A DNA stretch of 64,000 nucleotides from Squalus acanthias. Its lineage: Eukaryota. Positions 24,115 through 37,750 of the stretch are shown one piece after another (positions within the stretch are counted from its first letter, which is position 1; each line of letters starts with the position of its first letter). The stretch spans positions 142,850,001-142,914,000 of the forward strand of contig CM059432.1 of the NCBI GenBank assembly GCA_030390025.1, written 5' to 3'. The position numbers were made by a program, and so were the translations under genes. The notes under the pieces were generated by a model. It searched no databases. It was not told the DNA's origin and saw only the letters and a list, made by a program, of their open reading frames with translations.

Positions 24115-24832
24115 CTAGTTTTAGACTCTCCAGCCGGGGTAAACAACCTCTCAGCATCTATTCTGTCAAGCCCTCTAAGAATTTTATATGTTTCAATGAG
24201 ATCACCTCTCATTCTTCTAAATTTCAGAGAGTATAAACCCAATCTACTCGATCTCTCCTTGTAGGACAGCCCTCTCATCCCAGGAATCAATCTAGTGAAC
24301 CTTTGTTCATAGAATCATGTTGCATCTCCTCCAAGGCAAGTATATCCTTCCTTGGGTAAGGAGACCAAAACTGTACACAGTACTCCAGGTGTGGTCTCAC
24401 CAAAGCCCTATATAATGGCAGCAAGACTTCTTACTCTTGCACTCCAACCTCCTTGCAAAAAAGGCTAACATACCAATTGCCTTCCTAATTGCTTGCTGTA
24501 CCTGCATGTTAACTTTCTGTGATTCGTGTACAAGGACCCCCAAATCCCTCTGAATACCAACATTTACTCATCACTCCCCTTCGAAAAAATATTCCGCTTT
24601 TCCATTCTTCCTACCAAAGTGGATAATTTCACATTTCCCCTAATTATACTCCATCTACCACCTTGCCCACTCACTTAACCTGTTTGTATCCCTTAGCAGC
24701 CTCTTTGCATCCTCCTCATAGCTTACTTTCCCACCTTGCTTTGTATCGTCAGCAAACTTGGATATATTACACTCAGTCCTCTCATCTAAGTCATTGATAT
24801 AGATTGTAAATAGCTGAGGCCCAAGCACTGAT

Positions 24833-25985
24833 CATAAGAACATAAGAAATAGGAGCAGGAGTAGGCCATTTGGCCCCTCGAGCCTGCTCCACCATTCAAT
24901 AAGATCATGGCTGATCTGGTCTTGGTTTCAACTCCACTTTCCTGCCCGCTCCCCATAGCCCTTGACTCCCTTATCGTTCAAAAATCTATCTATCTCCACC
25001 TTAAATATATTCAACGACCCAGCCTCCACAGCTCTCTGGGGAAGAGAATTCCAAAGATTCACGACCCTCTGAGAGAAGAAATTCCTCCTCATCTCCGTTT
25101 TAAAAGGGGCGACCCTTTATTCTGAAACGATGCCCCCTAGTTCTAGATTCCCCCACGAGGGGAAACATCCTCTCTGCATCTACCCTGTCAAGCCCCTTCA
25201 GAATCTTATACGTTTCAATAAGATCACCTCTCATTCTTCTAAACTCCAATGAGTATAGGCCCAACCTGCTCAACCTTTCTTCATAAGACAACCCCTTCAT
25301 CTCAGGAATCAACCTAGCGGACCTTCTCTGAACTGCCTTCAATGCAAGTATATCCTTCCTTAAATAAGGAGACCAAAACTGTACGCAGTACTCCAGGTGT
25401 GGTCTCACCAGCGCCCTGTACAGTTGTAGCAAGACTTTCCTACTTTTATACTCCATCCCCCTTGCAATAAAGGCCAACATTTCATTTGCCTTCCTAATTA
25501 CTTGCTGTACCGGCATGCTAAATTTTTGTGTTTCATGTACTAGGACCCCCAGATCCCTCTGTACCGCAGCATTTTGTAGTCTCTCTCCATTTAAATAATA
25601 ATGTGCTTTTTTATTTTTCCTACCAAAGTGGATAACCTCACATTTTCCCACATTATACTCCATCCGCCAAATTTTTGCCCACTCACTTAACCTATCTATA
25701 TTCCTTTGCAGATTGTTTGTGTCCTCTTCACAACTTGCTTTCCCACCTACCTTTGTATTATCAGCAAATTTGGCGACATTGCACTCGGCCCCTTCATCCA
25801 AGTCATTAATATAGATTGTAAACAGCTGAGGCCCCAGCACTGATCCATGTGTCACCCCACTAGTTACAGCCTACGATCCCAAAAATGATCCATTTATCCC
25901 GACTCTCTGTTTCCTGTTAGTTAGCCAATCCTCTATCCATGCTAATATGTTACCCCCAATCTCATGAGCCCTAATCTTGTGCATC
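24833..25985 (-). mobile_element. CR1 LINE 3' portion (RT C-terminus), well preserved
   Basis: ORF 25100-25855: GSVLGPQLFTIYINDL...KFAD...[15 protein letters not shown]...RRMRGDLIETYKI. Tail (TTCTTATG)n. Confidence 0.92.
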
Positions 25986-26689
25986 ATTTCCTATGACTTC
26001 CTAAGGACCAACTTACAGCAGCACTCTACTTTCCACATAACATGGCAACCCAACTTCCTCTTTCTAGGCCACCTATACAGTGCCATTCTCATCATTTGTG
26101 GCTCTCTGCCGTAGCTCTGAGAAAGCACACCATTGTCTTTTTCACCGTCGCATTTAAGGCAACTGTAATCAACTGTCACTCTTCAGTCTCCTCAACCCCT
26201 CTGCTGCTGTCAATAGTGTTGATTATTCCTTCCTCTCCAGACGTGTCTCTACCATAGAATGTTGGAATACTCTTGCAGGTTTACAGAGGTTACGCTGAGG
26301 CTTTATAGTGCATTGGTCAATGCAGCTTTGAAAAGGGATGCAAGTGAGAAGGGAATGAGCTATGAGGAGAAATTAGAAATGCTTAAGATTTACAGTCTCG
26401 AGAGCTGATGATGATTAAGGGGGTTGGAAGAGACCCTCACTGTGGTATGTAAAGTATTAAATGGTGCACATAGATGAAGTGAATCCAAAATAGTACTTTA
26501 GGGTGTGTTAGACCAGTAGGGCATAAATTTAAATTAGTGAAAAAAATTTACAAGACCTATGAAAAGAAATTTCATGACTCCAACGGTGATCAATATTTGG
26601 AATCCATCAATTAAAGTAATGGAGTCAGACGTTCGGGGCTGTCAAAATGCAGTTGGATGCTAGGCTGGGTGAGTTCGTGTTACTCGAAC

Positions 26690-27096
26690 TTCTAAGTCAA
26701 AAGTTCATGGGTTCAACCCAACTCCACTTGAGCACATAATCTAGGCTGACACTTCAGTGCAGTACTGAGGGAGTGCAGCAGTGTCAGAGGTGCTGTCTGT
26801 CAGATGGCATGTTAAACCGAGGCCCTATTTTTGCGCTCGGGTGGATGTAAACGATCTAATGGCATTATTTGAAGAAGAGCAGAGAGTTCTGGTGTCCTGG
26901 CCAATATTTATGCCTCAACCATCACCACCAGATGATCTGGTCATTTATCTCATTGCTGTTTGTGGGAGCTTGCAGTACACAAGTTGGCTACTGCATTTCC
27001 CTACATTGCAACAGTGACTACACTTCAAAAGCTGTAAAGCGCTTTAGGACGTTCTGAAGTCATAAATGACATTACATAAATGCAAGTTAATTCTTT
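26690..27096 (+). mobile_element. Deu-domain SINE copy
   Basis: Colinear with 43671-44097. Confidence 0.75.
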
Positions 27097-28670
27097 CGTT
27101 CACCGGGGGAATAAGCTTTGATGGGAGAATGGCCTTCTCTTGTCCTTGACTTCTGTTTATGGCACACAGCAGTATCAAGCAGTTGTACGTGGATGTTCAC
27201 AGTCAGGCTCTCACCCGTTGTTTCTGACTAGTGCAGGACCTTCCTCTTATTAACTGTATCCCTGTACCTATAAATAGAGGGGCCATGGCCACATCAGTGG
27301 GAGCACTGAATGCTAAGTTAACAATTCTGTCTGTGGCGAGAGCTGTCTTTGATCAATGCAAGGGGTCATGATGTAACCCTCTCAACAAAACCCAAGTGGT
27401 ACATTGATTTCCTTGTATTCTGAAGACACTAGTAATCAATCAAAACGTTACAGTAGGATTGCACTGGTCCAAATAGAAAGATTATCTTGAGATACAATGC
27501 GCAGCCTCCACCTCCCTCCTTCAGTCTGATGGTGGATGTTTCAGTAGTTGTAATTGACAGTAGTATTTTTGGACTGCTGGCAGATTGGACTGTTGACTTG
27601 GTTGTTGGTCTTGTGGTTTGTCCGGGACTTAATAATGGATTTAAGATTAGTCAGTACATCTTTGGATAAATAATATAGGTTTATACTTCTACAAAACAAT
27701 GGTAGTGGCGGGGGGGCGGGGCTGTGTGGAAAGAGGAGTGAAGACTTTTCATGTGGTAGCATTTTTCAGATTGGTGACTAGTATTGAGCTAACCGTAGAA
27801 TCATCAGCTCAATACAGCACAGAAGGAGGTCATTTGGCCCGTCGAGCCTGTGCCGGCTCTCTGCAAGAGCACTTCAGCTAGTCCCACTCCCCCTGATGAC
27901 CTTAACTGATGTTGAAGTAAGCAGATTACCCTTTCCCAGAGCCATAGTCTGGCTGACACATTTAGCGCAGCCATATATTTTCAGAGTAGGGTAGGTCATA
28001 CAGCAGCTAGTGGGAAAACTTTAATTTTACAAATTGAAATGTTGAGAGATGGATCTGTTGGCAGCTTTTCACAACGGGAGACTTTACAGTTTCTGTCTTT
28101 GCTAACCTCTCAACAGGGAGTTTCTTGTCTGGCTAACAAAATCCAGATGACAAGAGCCAAGATAATTGCAGTAAACTAATAAATTGGAAATATCCAAATT
28201 TGCATGCGGTTGCACAATAGGTGTTTTTGCTCACTAGGGTTTCGACAAAACAAATATTCCTAGTGACAACACCAGTGGTGGTGGTGACTCCTCAGAGGTT
28301 CCTTCAGACTGAGACTCTCGTTATGATCGTAGTTTCTCTGATTTCTCAACAACAAGAACGGGTCTGTTTTTGCCAATTGAAGGACCAGATTTGAGACTTT
28401 CTAATTGCTGCAAGGATTTGTGTTGGCAACCTACCATAGCTTACAGACTGTTTCTGAATGCTGAAACTGTGTGGTTCTGGAGGCTAGGCTCTTCATGAGA
28501 TTGTCATGAAACCATTTGCTACAGTGGAGATGAATGCACCATGCCGCATTAAAGCTCATACAGTGTGTATTTGGTATACTTCAGGCTTGAAAGTTGAAGA
28601 AATCAGGTGGCTAATTGGCAAATATTTTCTTAACTATGCTGTTGAGTGCCATTTTGAAAGGATATGTTTT

Positions 28671-29238
28671 AATAAGAACATAAGAAATAGGAGCAGGAGT
28701 CGGCCATTTCGCCCTTCGAGCCTGCTCCGCCATTCAATAAGATCATGGCTGATCTTCTACCTCATCTCCACTTTCCTGCACTATCCCCATATCCCTTGAT
28801 TCCCTTAATATTCAAAAATCTATCGATCTCTGTCTTGAATATACTCAACGACTGAGCCTGCACAGCCCTCTGGGGTAGAGAATTCCAAAGATTCACCACC
28901 CTCTGAGTGAAGAAATTTCTCCTCATCTCAGTCCTAAATGGCCGACCCCTTATTCTGAGACTGTGACCCCTGGTTCTAGACTCCCCAGCCAGGGGAAACA
29001 TCCTCCCTGCATCTACCCTGTCAAGTCCTGTAAGAATTTTGTATGTTTCAATGAGATCACCTCTCATTCTTCTAAACTCTAGAGAATATAGGCCGGGTCT
29101 ACTCAATCTCTCCTCATAGTACAATCCCCCCATCCCAGGAACCAGTCTGGTGAACCTTCGTTGCACTCCCTCTATGGCAAGTATATCCTTCCTTAGGTAA
29201 GGAGACCAAAACTGTACATAATAGTTCAGGTGTGGTCT
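28671..29238 (-). mobile_element. CR1 LINE 3' fragment
   Basis: ORF 28762-29340: VQFWSPYLRKDI...RGDLIETYKI...FFTQRVVNLWNSLP. Confidence 0.9.
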
Positions 29239-29546
29239 CTGGGCTTTGTATTGAAGGCTAAGATCTGTGCATGCAATGCTAATGAGAATTGCTAAGTTCA
29301 ACCTCCATTTTAAATGTATCAATGTAAATATTGGTGACATCAGAATTTTGCATACTCAAGTTTTCACATTCTCGATTAGTACAGAAATTTAAACTAATTT
29401 ACTGCATAGGCATGTGTTTTTTTTAAAGTATTTAAAATCTTTTGACAAACTTTGGTTTATTTTAATGCGCTGAACCAAATTATGGGCACGTGAAATACAT
29501 TGAAAACTTCCAATGGTCCTGGTAACCATTTTTTGTTTGTTTGTAG

Positions 29547-29681
29547 GGGCACGTTGTCATGGGAAACAACGCGGTGTCGCCATATCAACAGGTCATCGAG
29601 AAAACAAAGAGTCTCTCTTTTCGGAGTCAGATGCTGGCTATGAACATTGAAAAGAAAATGAATCAAAACAACAGGACCGAG
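29547..29681 (+). CDS. EIF3E: EIF3E penultimate coding exon
   Basis: 135 nt encoding [45 protein letters not shown]. Acceptor ttttgtttgtttgtag, donor GTGAG at 29682, in frame with the previous exon. Confidence 0.97.
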
Positions 29682-29756
29682 GTGAGCGCTGTTAACTGCT
29701 TTAAGCGTAGCCTGTGGACAACAGAGTCCCCAGATGAGCATCTACAACAACAGATG

Positions 29757-30260
29757 TACTACAACAACAACTTGTATTTATATAGCGCCTTTAACGTAGT
29801 GAAACGTCTCAAGGCGCTACACAGGAGTATTTTAACACACAAAATTTGACACCGAGCCACACAAGGATAAATTAGGGCAGGTGACCAAAAGCTAGGTCAA
29901 AGAGGTAGGTTTTAAGGAGCATCTTAAAGGAGGAGAGAGAGGTAGAGAGGTGGAGAGGTTTAGGCAGGGAATTCCAGAGCTTGGGGCCCAGGCAACAGAA
30001 GGCACGACCACCATAGGTTGAGCGATTATAATCAGGGATGCTCAAGAGGGCAGAATTAGAGGAGCGCAGATATCTCAGGGGGTTGTGGGGCTGAAGGAGA
30101 TTACAGAGATAGGAAGGGGTGAGGCCATGGCGGGATTTGAAAACAAGAATGCGAATTTTGAAATCGAGGCGCTGCTTAGCCGGGAGCCAATGTAGGTCAG
30201 CAAGCACAGGGTGTGATGGGCGGAACGGGACTTGGTGCGAGTTAGGACATGGGCAGCAGT
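29757..30260 (-). mobile_element. L2-clade LINE 3' end
   Basis: ORF 29872-30282: PVLADLHWLPAKQRLDFKI...GGRAF...LWNSLP...FKMLLKTYLF, with a (TTG)n tail. Confidence 0.88.
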
Positions 30261-32072
30261 ATAGCGGGAGAGTGCAGGCCATACTACATTAGACCAGGTT
30301 TGGCAAATTACAGTTAGTTAATTACCTATTCTTAAACTCTACCTTAAACCCGCCTGTTCTTTTACCTTAAATATGTTACCACTTTTAGTCCAAAATTGTG
30401 AACATTTGTAGACCACAGAAATCATACAGGGCAATAGTTTTAAATAGCAATTAACATTCTGAAACTGTGATCACTAATCCCTGATAAAAGCCTGCAGATT
30501 GAACTAAATCCATGTTCATCAATTAGCACAGAGATAATAGAGAAAAAGAAATTGCAACAAATCTAAATATGGCCCTTCCATTTACAAATGGCATTGTCAA
30601 GATTTGGATAAAAGGTCTCAAACAATTTTCACCACAGTGCAGCAACTAAAGTACTGTATATTCTTCCTGGTGTTTCTCAAGTTTCTCAATCATCCTTTCA
30701 GTTGCAGCTTTTTGGATGCACCCATTTTATGTTTGAAAAATAATGAGCAAAATTGCTCACTTATTATGTTCTCTCTTAAGTTGGATCTCGCACACACGTA
30801 CAGTGACTACAGTATTTCACTTCTCCGCTGTTGGGCAAAAATGAACTTTTCATTGGGATATGGGGACACTGTACAGGCAGGAACGGTCAAATTCACTCGC
30901 ACAAATTCTCTCCTTTTTTATAGTCGTTTTTTCCCCCCTGTGTACACAAGGGGCAATGAGTTGCGAACCAGACATTTTTCCTCTACTTCCAGCCGGAAAA
31001 TAATAATGATCACTTTTTCTCGCTCTCTTCATTTGGCTACTGATAGTGGATCTAGCGATGAAGCCTCTGCGAATCTGATGCACTGTTTACCTCGGGATTT
31101 CCCAGAAAGGCTGAGCTCAGTGCAACCTTCCATCCATATTAAGTTATTCGCTTACGTGTCTGGTTCTAATAAGCAGTAACAAAGCTGAGCTTCATAGTTA
31201 TGTAAAGCTGAATTTGCTGTGATTGATTATCAAGTACAAAATGAAATAAGTGTGACTATAGAAAAAACATCTGTAAGCTGCTTTGGGGAATTTGAAAGGG
31301 CTGCTAACGTCGTTTGAATGGCAAGTATTAAAAGGGAACTTCAGAAACGAGTACATTGAGTGATGTGTACATCGGTTCCATGCATTTTAATAAAAACATT
31401 AATATCTTTGGTCTGCCTCTCCACTGGAGCTCTCGCCACACCCAGTTCACTTTAGCAGATCTGATGGGACGGTGACAAGATTCAACGCCAGTGAGGATAG
31501 AGGATTGGTCATGATTGATTAAACACTGGCGTCAGACTGTTGTTTTCCTTCACATTGTTCTCTGTCCTGGCGGGAATATGGTGTTGTGTGGTGGGGGGAG
31601 GGGATGGTTTGGGGGTAGGGGGGAAGCATGTGAACAAGCTATGCAGTCAACAAAACAAACTTCAGTTGTGCTGAGAAAGGGATACTCTTTGCCATGTATT
31701 TTCCCAGCGCAGCCAAAATGGGCATGCTTGTAATTGCCGTACATCCTCATTTGTTCAGTCACCATGAGCCAATTAGAAGGAAGGAAACACTTCTGAGACA
31801 CATCCGTTATGCAAGCACAGACCTTCCACCAGGCCCAACTCCAAGTTTTACTTCACTTCTTCCTCAGTCAATTCATCTTGCGTACAGTTTCTTTCTTTCT
31901 ACAGCCTTTTTAAAGTTTGTGAAGGTTTCCATTGTGCTTTTGTCTTCTGTGTAGTGATCAATGTTGATTTTCAATTGCAGATCATATTTTGTGTCTTGTT
32001 TATTGAGAGAGAGGGGGCAGTTAACATTTTTGGAGGGGTTCTTTTCTGTTTTAAAATCTAGATATTTTTGGC

Positions 32073-32458
32073 TTCTAGGCTGACACTCCAGTGCAGTACT
32101 GAGGGAGTGCTGCACTGTCAGAGGTGCCATCTTTCGGATGAGATATTAAACCAAGGCGGGGCCCTGTCTGCTCTCTCAAGTGGACATAAAAGATCCCATG
32201 GCACTATATCGAAGAAGAGCAGGGGAGTTATCCCTGGTGTCCTGGCCAATGTTTATCCCGCAATCAACATCACTAAAACAGATTAACTGGTTATTATCAC
32301 ATTGCTGTTTGTGGGAGCTTGCTGTGTACAAATTGGCTGCCGCGTTCCCAAACTTACAACAGTGACTACAGTCCAAAAAGTAGTTCATTGGCTGTAAAGT
32401 GCTTTGGGATGTCCTGAGGTCGTGGAAGGCGCTATAGTAGTGCAAGTTCTTTTTCTTC
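32073..32458 (+). mobile_element. Deu-domain SINE copy, 5'-truncated
   Basis: Colinear with 43671-44097 but lacks the tRNA head. Confidence 0.75.
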
Positions 32459-34959
32459 TGTGTTTGGCAACGCTCGTAGGTGAGTCCTAACAACTCATGT
32501 CCCAGAGAGCGTGTTTTCACTTGCCCAGATGCTTGTCTAAGTTCAGAGTGTGCCCAAGGAACAAACAGAAAATCCTCGCCAACTTATTTTGGTTCCTGGT
32601 ACAGCCAAGGGGTCTTGTGATCTGCGCCTCCAGAAGGTGGCTGAATAACATCTTGCTTCGGCTTCAAATGTCAAATAAATTAATGAAGTACTAAAGAACA
32701 AGCAGTAACCTTTTTATAGTAATCCTTGAGCTTAGCTAGATCCTTATGAACTGGAAAATAATAGTTTGCAACTGCTCTGCTAACCTGGGATATAACTAAT
32801 GTTCTTCTCTCTTCTCACCATTTATGGAAGCTATTTGGCCTGCTTTATTTGAGTTGAATGAAAGTTGCTAAATACCCTTAAGTGACTAGGACCAAGCAGA
32901 TTTAAGTAACCCTTGAATTTTTATTTTAAAACTTGCCAATTAAACATATATGAACAAATCTGATATGCTTGTATTTGAATTGAATGGCTTGGTCCCTCCT
33001 TCAGAGATCAAGCACAGAAACACTGCCAAAATGTTGTAATCACCAGGCAATGTAGCGTGTTCATTATTTTTATGTTTTAGCATGGAGATAAAGTGTATCT
33101 ATTGAACTAAGTGAACCTGGTTGTAAGTATTGCTTTGTATGTTCACTTCACTGTGAAATGAAGCAACTTAATGATTTGTCTCATCTACTGTTAGATCATC
33201 TAGGGTCCACTTTGTTCAAGTAGATATAGGCCAATATGAATCTACTCTCAAAAGTAAGATCCTCAGACCACTTCTAGGAGTGCCTGGTGCCACTAAACCC
33301 AAGAAGATCATAGATCATAGACTCATACAGCATAGAAGGAGGCCATTCGGCCCATCATGCCTATACCAGCTCGTTTAAAGACTTATCCAATTAGTTCCAC
33401 AGCCCTGCATAATTTTCCTTTTCGATTATATCTATGATAGACCCAAATTCATAACAATATACAAGCTTCCTTCCTTCCTCCTTGGACCTGTCTTGAATTT
33501 GCTGCATTTCACACTTTGTCATGTTTGTGTTTCTTGCCCATTAAGAAATTGGGGGCTTTGCTGCCACATGTTATGTATTCCGGGCAAGGAAAAAGGCCAT
33601 TGGGCCCATGTGCGTTAGCCCCATTTCTTACTGGATTTGTCCTTCCACCCCGCCCACCTCTTGGGAGAGGCAAAAAACATGGAAATCAATTCAGGGAATC
33701 TGTCAAAACTTCTTCAACCCCTCAAAGGTGACCAGGAGGCCCGGAAGTTGTTGGTTAATACCCAAAATCTTATCTTTCCTTCTGCCGTAGTCTCGTCCTT
33801 TTCCAGGCATGAGTCCAGTGCCAGTTTGAGATCCATTTTGCGATAGCAGCCTTGACACCACGGGATTTGATTTAGTCCGCGTCCCTCGTAGCACTTTATC
33901 AGAAGATTTTTGAAAATCAAAATCTTTGCTAAGGAGCTGTGCTGTCATACCAGGTATCCTACACCGTGAAGACTGGGAACAGATTTTTCTGAAAACCTGC
34001 AAGCTTTTGGTTTAAATTACACTTTCTGTTGGGTTAGTATCTACAATGTGTAATGGTAGGCAAGGTTGTGTGGATGGTTTCCCCATGTAGCAAGTTGGTC
34101 TTCTTGAAGCTGCTGAGGAAGTGTATAGTGCAGGCGGGTGACTTTCTAGCAACATAGGAACAGGAGGAGGCTATTCAGCCCCTCGAGCCTGTTCCACCAT
34201 TCAATCATATCACGGCTGATCTGTATCTTAACTCCATCCACCCGCCTTGGTCCCGTAACCCTTGCCTAACAAAAATGGGGGGAAGGAGGAGGGAGAATCT
34301 GAGGGAGAGTTACGCTGCACCTCTTTGAGATACCGTCTTACATTGTAACGGTGACTACACTTCAAAAGTACTGTATTGGCTGTGAAGCGCTTTGGGAAGT
34401 TCCGAGGTCGGGAAAGGCACTATTTTAAATGCAAATTCTTTCTCTTCTCTCGTCTAGTGGCAAATTCAAGAGTTGCACTGACAAAGGTCAGTGACAGCTG
34501 GACTGTCCCGACTCTTATTTCAGCAGCTCAGTGCCGGCGATGCATCACGAAGGGTTCATTTCAGCATATTGGTCTTGACTGAGTGCTGCTTCGACTACTC
34601 TGAGATCTTGGATCTCAAGGAAGCAGCTACTTTAAATTAAAGTAACCATTTATCTTGATAGGATTGATTTTAACAACTTCATTAAAGAGTAAATAGGGCC
34701 CTAAATACCCCAATTCACTCCGCTCTCTTTTTATAAATAGATAATTGTATTTACTAATTCATTGTTCAGTCCTTGATTTCTGACAATGATGTGCATTTTG
34801 TGGAGGAGGTGACCAAGAGTTATCGCTAAGGAATCCTCTGAATATTGAAGATGTGGGAAGGTTGAGCATTGTGGTGCTGGACCTGTATGTAAATCACCTC
34901 CTTTTCTTAACTCTGACATTCTTATGTTCTTGCTTGAGACATTTCACACACCATCCCGA

Positions 34960-35160
34960 CTTGGACATATCCTGGCCATTCATCATCGCTGGGTCAAAAT
35001 TCTGGAACTCCCTACCTAACTGCACTGTAGGGGCACCGTCACCACAAGGACTGCTGTGGTTCAAGAAGGTGGCTCACCACCACCTTTTCAAGGGCAATTA
35101 GGGATGGACAATAAATGCTGGCCTTGCCAGCAACGCCCGCATCCCGTGAATGAATAAAAG
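34960..35160 (+). mobile_element. LINE 3' end (partner tail of the SINE at 9083-9447)
   Basis: GSKFWNSLPN...GLLWFKKVAHHHLFKGN* followed by the shared 3' UTR. Confidence 0.75.
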
Positions 35161-35845
35161 TAAAATCAGAAACATTTATGCCATCATCTGCAATTGAAAG
35201 TGGCCTTTCCAAACCAACTGGCCAAAGCAGTCCTGTGCCTGCCTGACGTGTCTTTCATATTCTTAGGGTATTGATGTAAATCAAGGAATTATCTTGAGAC
35301 TAGCGTGTGAACCTGGGATTCTGGTTATAAGGGACCAGGACCTGCGTTGTATGCTTCTATTAGATGATTCTCGACACTGATTAGAATGTAATGCTGGCGG
35401 TCCAGCTCCACAACCTGTTTAATTTTACAGTACATAACCTCGAGCAGTCTGATTTCTACCATGCCTCACAATTTGTATGATTTACCAGATGTGTCGGCAT
35501 GTAAAAATAGTTCACAATATAGTCACCTTGCTCTTAAATTAATGCATTTTTAGCAGCAAGGGAGCTTTTTATTCCCCATTTTTTTTAAAAGGTGGATTCA
35601 TGCTTCACTTCACTTTAATATGGGCATTTCTAGATTTCGAGTGCTGCCAGGAAGCAAGAATGTTCGGATCAACATTTCTGCCTTTCTCCCATTCGCTTTC
35701 ACCTCGAGGGGAATTCTAATGTTGCTCAGTTTCCCGAAGCGTAAACACTGATGAAAAAACAAACAGCAAATCCTCGCCAACTTATTTATGTTCATCCCTT
35801 GAGCCTTTAGGTGAGTGCGGGGTGCAATTCATGTTCTGGAACTCT

Positions 35846-36097
35846 ATAGAATCACACAGCGCGTTATTCGGCCTGTGCTGGCTCTTTGAAAGAGCTACCC
35901 ACTCCCCTGCTCTTTCCCCACAGCCCTGCAAATTTTTCCTTTTCAAGTATTTATCCAATTCTCTTTTGAAAGTTACTATTGGATTTGCTTCCACCGCCCT
36001 TTCAGGCAGTGCATTCCAGATCATCATAACTCTCTGCGTTAAAAAAAAAAAATTCTCATCTTCCCACCCCTGGCTTTTTTTGCCAATTATCTTAAAT
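35846..36097 (-). mobile_element. CR1 3' end
   Basis: IWNALPERAVEA...FKRELDKYLK. Confidence 0.8.
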
Positions 36098-36519
36098 GTT
36101 GGGGCTATTTACTTTGGAGTATTGCAGGCTTATAGGGGAGATGATTTAATTTTTTTTCAATGAAGCGATTGGATTTGGTCAGTTTGAATAGGTTGCTTGA
36201 GATGGATAGGAATGATTGAGAGTACGTCTGTAAAATTCTTAGGCCAAGAGATGGGTTAGATGCCAAGAAGTATTTCTCTTTGCAGAGTCAGAGCTCTCTG
36301 GAATACATGACTGAAGCATGTGATGAGTTAGGAATTGCTAACATTCCTTTAAAAGGCAGCTTGACACGGTCTTGAGAGAAGAGAACACTTCTAGTTAGAG
36401 AGGGTAAGTTGCCAGTTAGCTGGGAGTTATTGGTACTTGCTTGATCACTGAGACTCCGAGGGGAATTTTCCAGAGTTTTTCCTGAATTGGCCAGTAGTTT
36501 CCCCCCCCCCACCCCCCCA

Positions 36520-36685
36520 ATAAAACAAAAGTGAAATACTGCGGATGCTGGAAATCTGAAATAAAAACAGAAAATGCTGGAAATACTCAGCAGGTCAGGC
36601 AGCATCTGTGGAGAGAGAAACGAGCTAACGTTCCAGGTCCGTGACCTTTCATCAGAACATGTTAGAGATCAACAGCTTTTAAGCA
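36520..36685 (-). mobile_element. Family-B Penelope pLTR copy
   Basis: Same ~135-bp repeat. The minus strand has CTGATGA-A-AGGTC-acg-GACCT-GGAA-CGTT (GAAA mutated). Confidence 0.75.
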
Positions 36686-37214
36686 GATATTCAGCCTGTC
36701 CTTTTGCTCTGGAGCAAGGTATAAAATGGAATGTGGCTCTTCAATACCCTGTCCCCAATGGATTTCGCCCTCCCAAACATAACAAGATCGCAGTTTTATC
36801 AGTGATCCTCGATTGTTCCATATTTATCATACTCCTGGGTGTCCTGGTTTGAGGGCTACATCAGGATAAACACAACGGGATACATGTAAATATCCACCCT
36901 GGAAATGGAGCTGTAACATCAACGGAGAAGCAGGAAGAGGTGGATGTAGAGGAATTAGCAGAGTGGCAAACTGGGACATAGGCCGCACTGGGCAGATTAA
37001 GAGATGAATGAGCAGATTTGGATAGAAGCTAATTCAGAGTGAAACGTAGACACTGAGTGAAGTTAGGAAAGAGTAATCAAGTTCCGTGGGCAAAATATAA
37101 AATGAAATGAGGTAAGGAAGAAAATATGGAAAGTCTACCCCCAAAAAACACTGTAGACAATTGAGAGATTTCAACTTTTGTAAGCCTACTTTAAGTGCTG
37201 GAAAGAAGTCTCTT

Positions 37215-37750
37215 TCACTCCCACTTGGAGTACTGTGAACAGTTCTGGTCTCCATATTATAAAAAGGAGGAGAGAGTGCAAAAAAGATTACAAGGATGAT
37301 ACCAGAACTGAGAGGTTATACCTATCGGGAAAGGATGAGCAACCTGGATTTCTCCTCTCATGAAAAGAGAAGGCTGAGGGGGTGACCTAATAGAGGTCTT
37401 TAAAATTATGAAAAGTTTTGATAGAGTAGGCACAGACTCTTGTGGGGAAGAGCAAAACTAGAGGCCATCAATATAAAATAGTCACCAAGAAATCCAATAG
37501 GGAATGCAGAAGAAACTTCTTTACCCAGAGAGTGGTGAGAATGTGGAACTCGCTACCACAGGGAGTGGTTGAGGTGAATAGTATCGATGCATTTAAGGGA
37601 AAGCTAGATAAACACATGAGGGAGAAGGGAATAGAGGGTTATGCTGATAGTTAGATGAGGAAAGACGGGAGGAACCACGAGTGGAGCATAAACGCCAGCA
37701 TGGACTGGTTGGGTCAAATGGCCTGTTTCTGTGCCGTATATTCTATGTAA
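37215..37750 (+). mobile_element. CR1 LINE 3' fragment
   Basis: ORF 37442-37654: KTRGHQYKI...FFTQRVVRMWNSLP. Confidence 0.85.

Larger units (their letters stand above)
22467..24832 (-). mobile_element. CR1 LINE 3' portion, split by the DNA transposon at 22768-24114
   Basis: CR1 tail at 22467, and RRMRGDLIETYKI in ORF 24108-24290. It abuts the next CR1 head-to-tail. Confidence 0.88.

Noticed and set aside
22467..25985. Recent tandem duplication of a CR1
   Set aside because: The two head-to-tail copies differ at many sites and only one holds the DNA transposon, so independent insertions explain them better.
30604..31179. 191-aa ORF
   Set aside because: Non-ATG start, no recognisable motif, intronic; probably a chance ORF.
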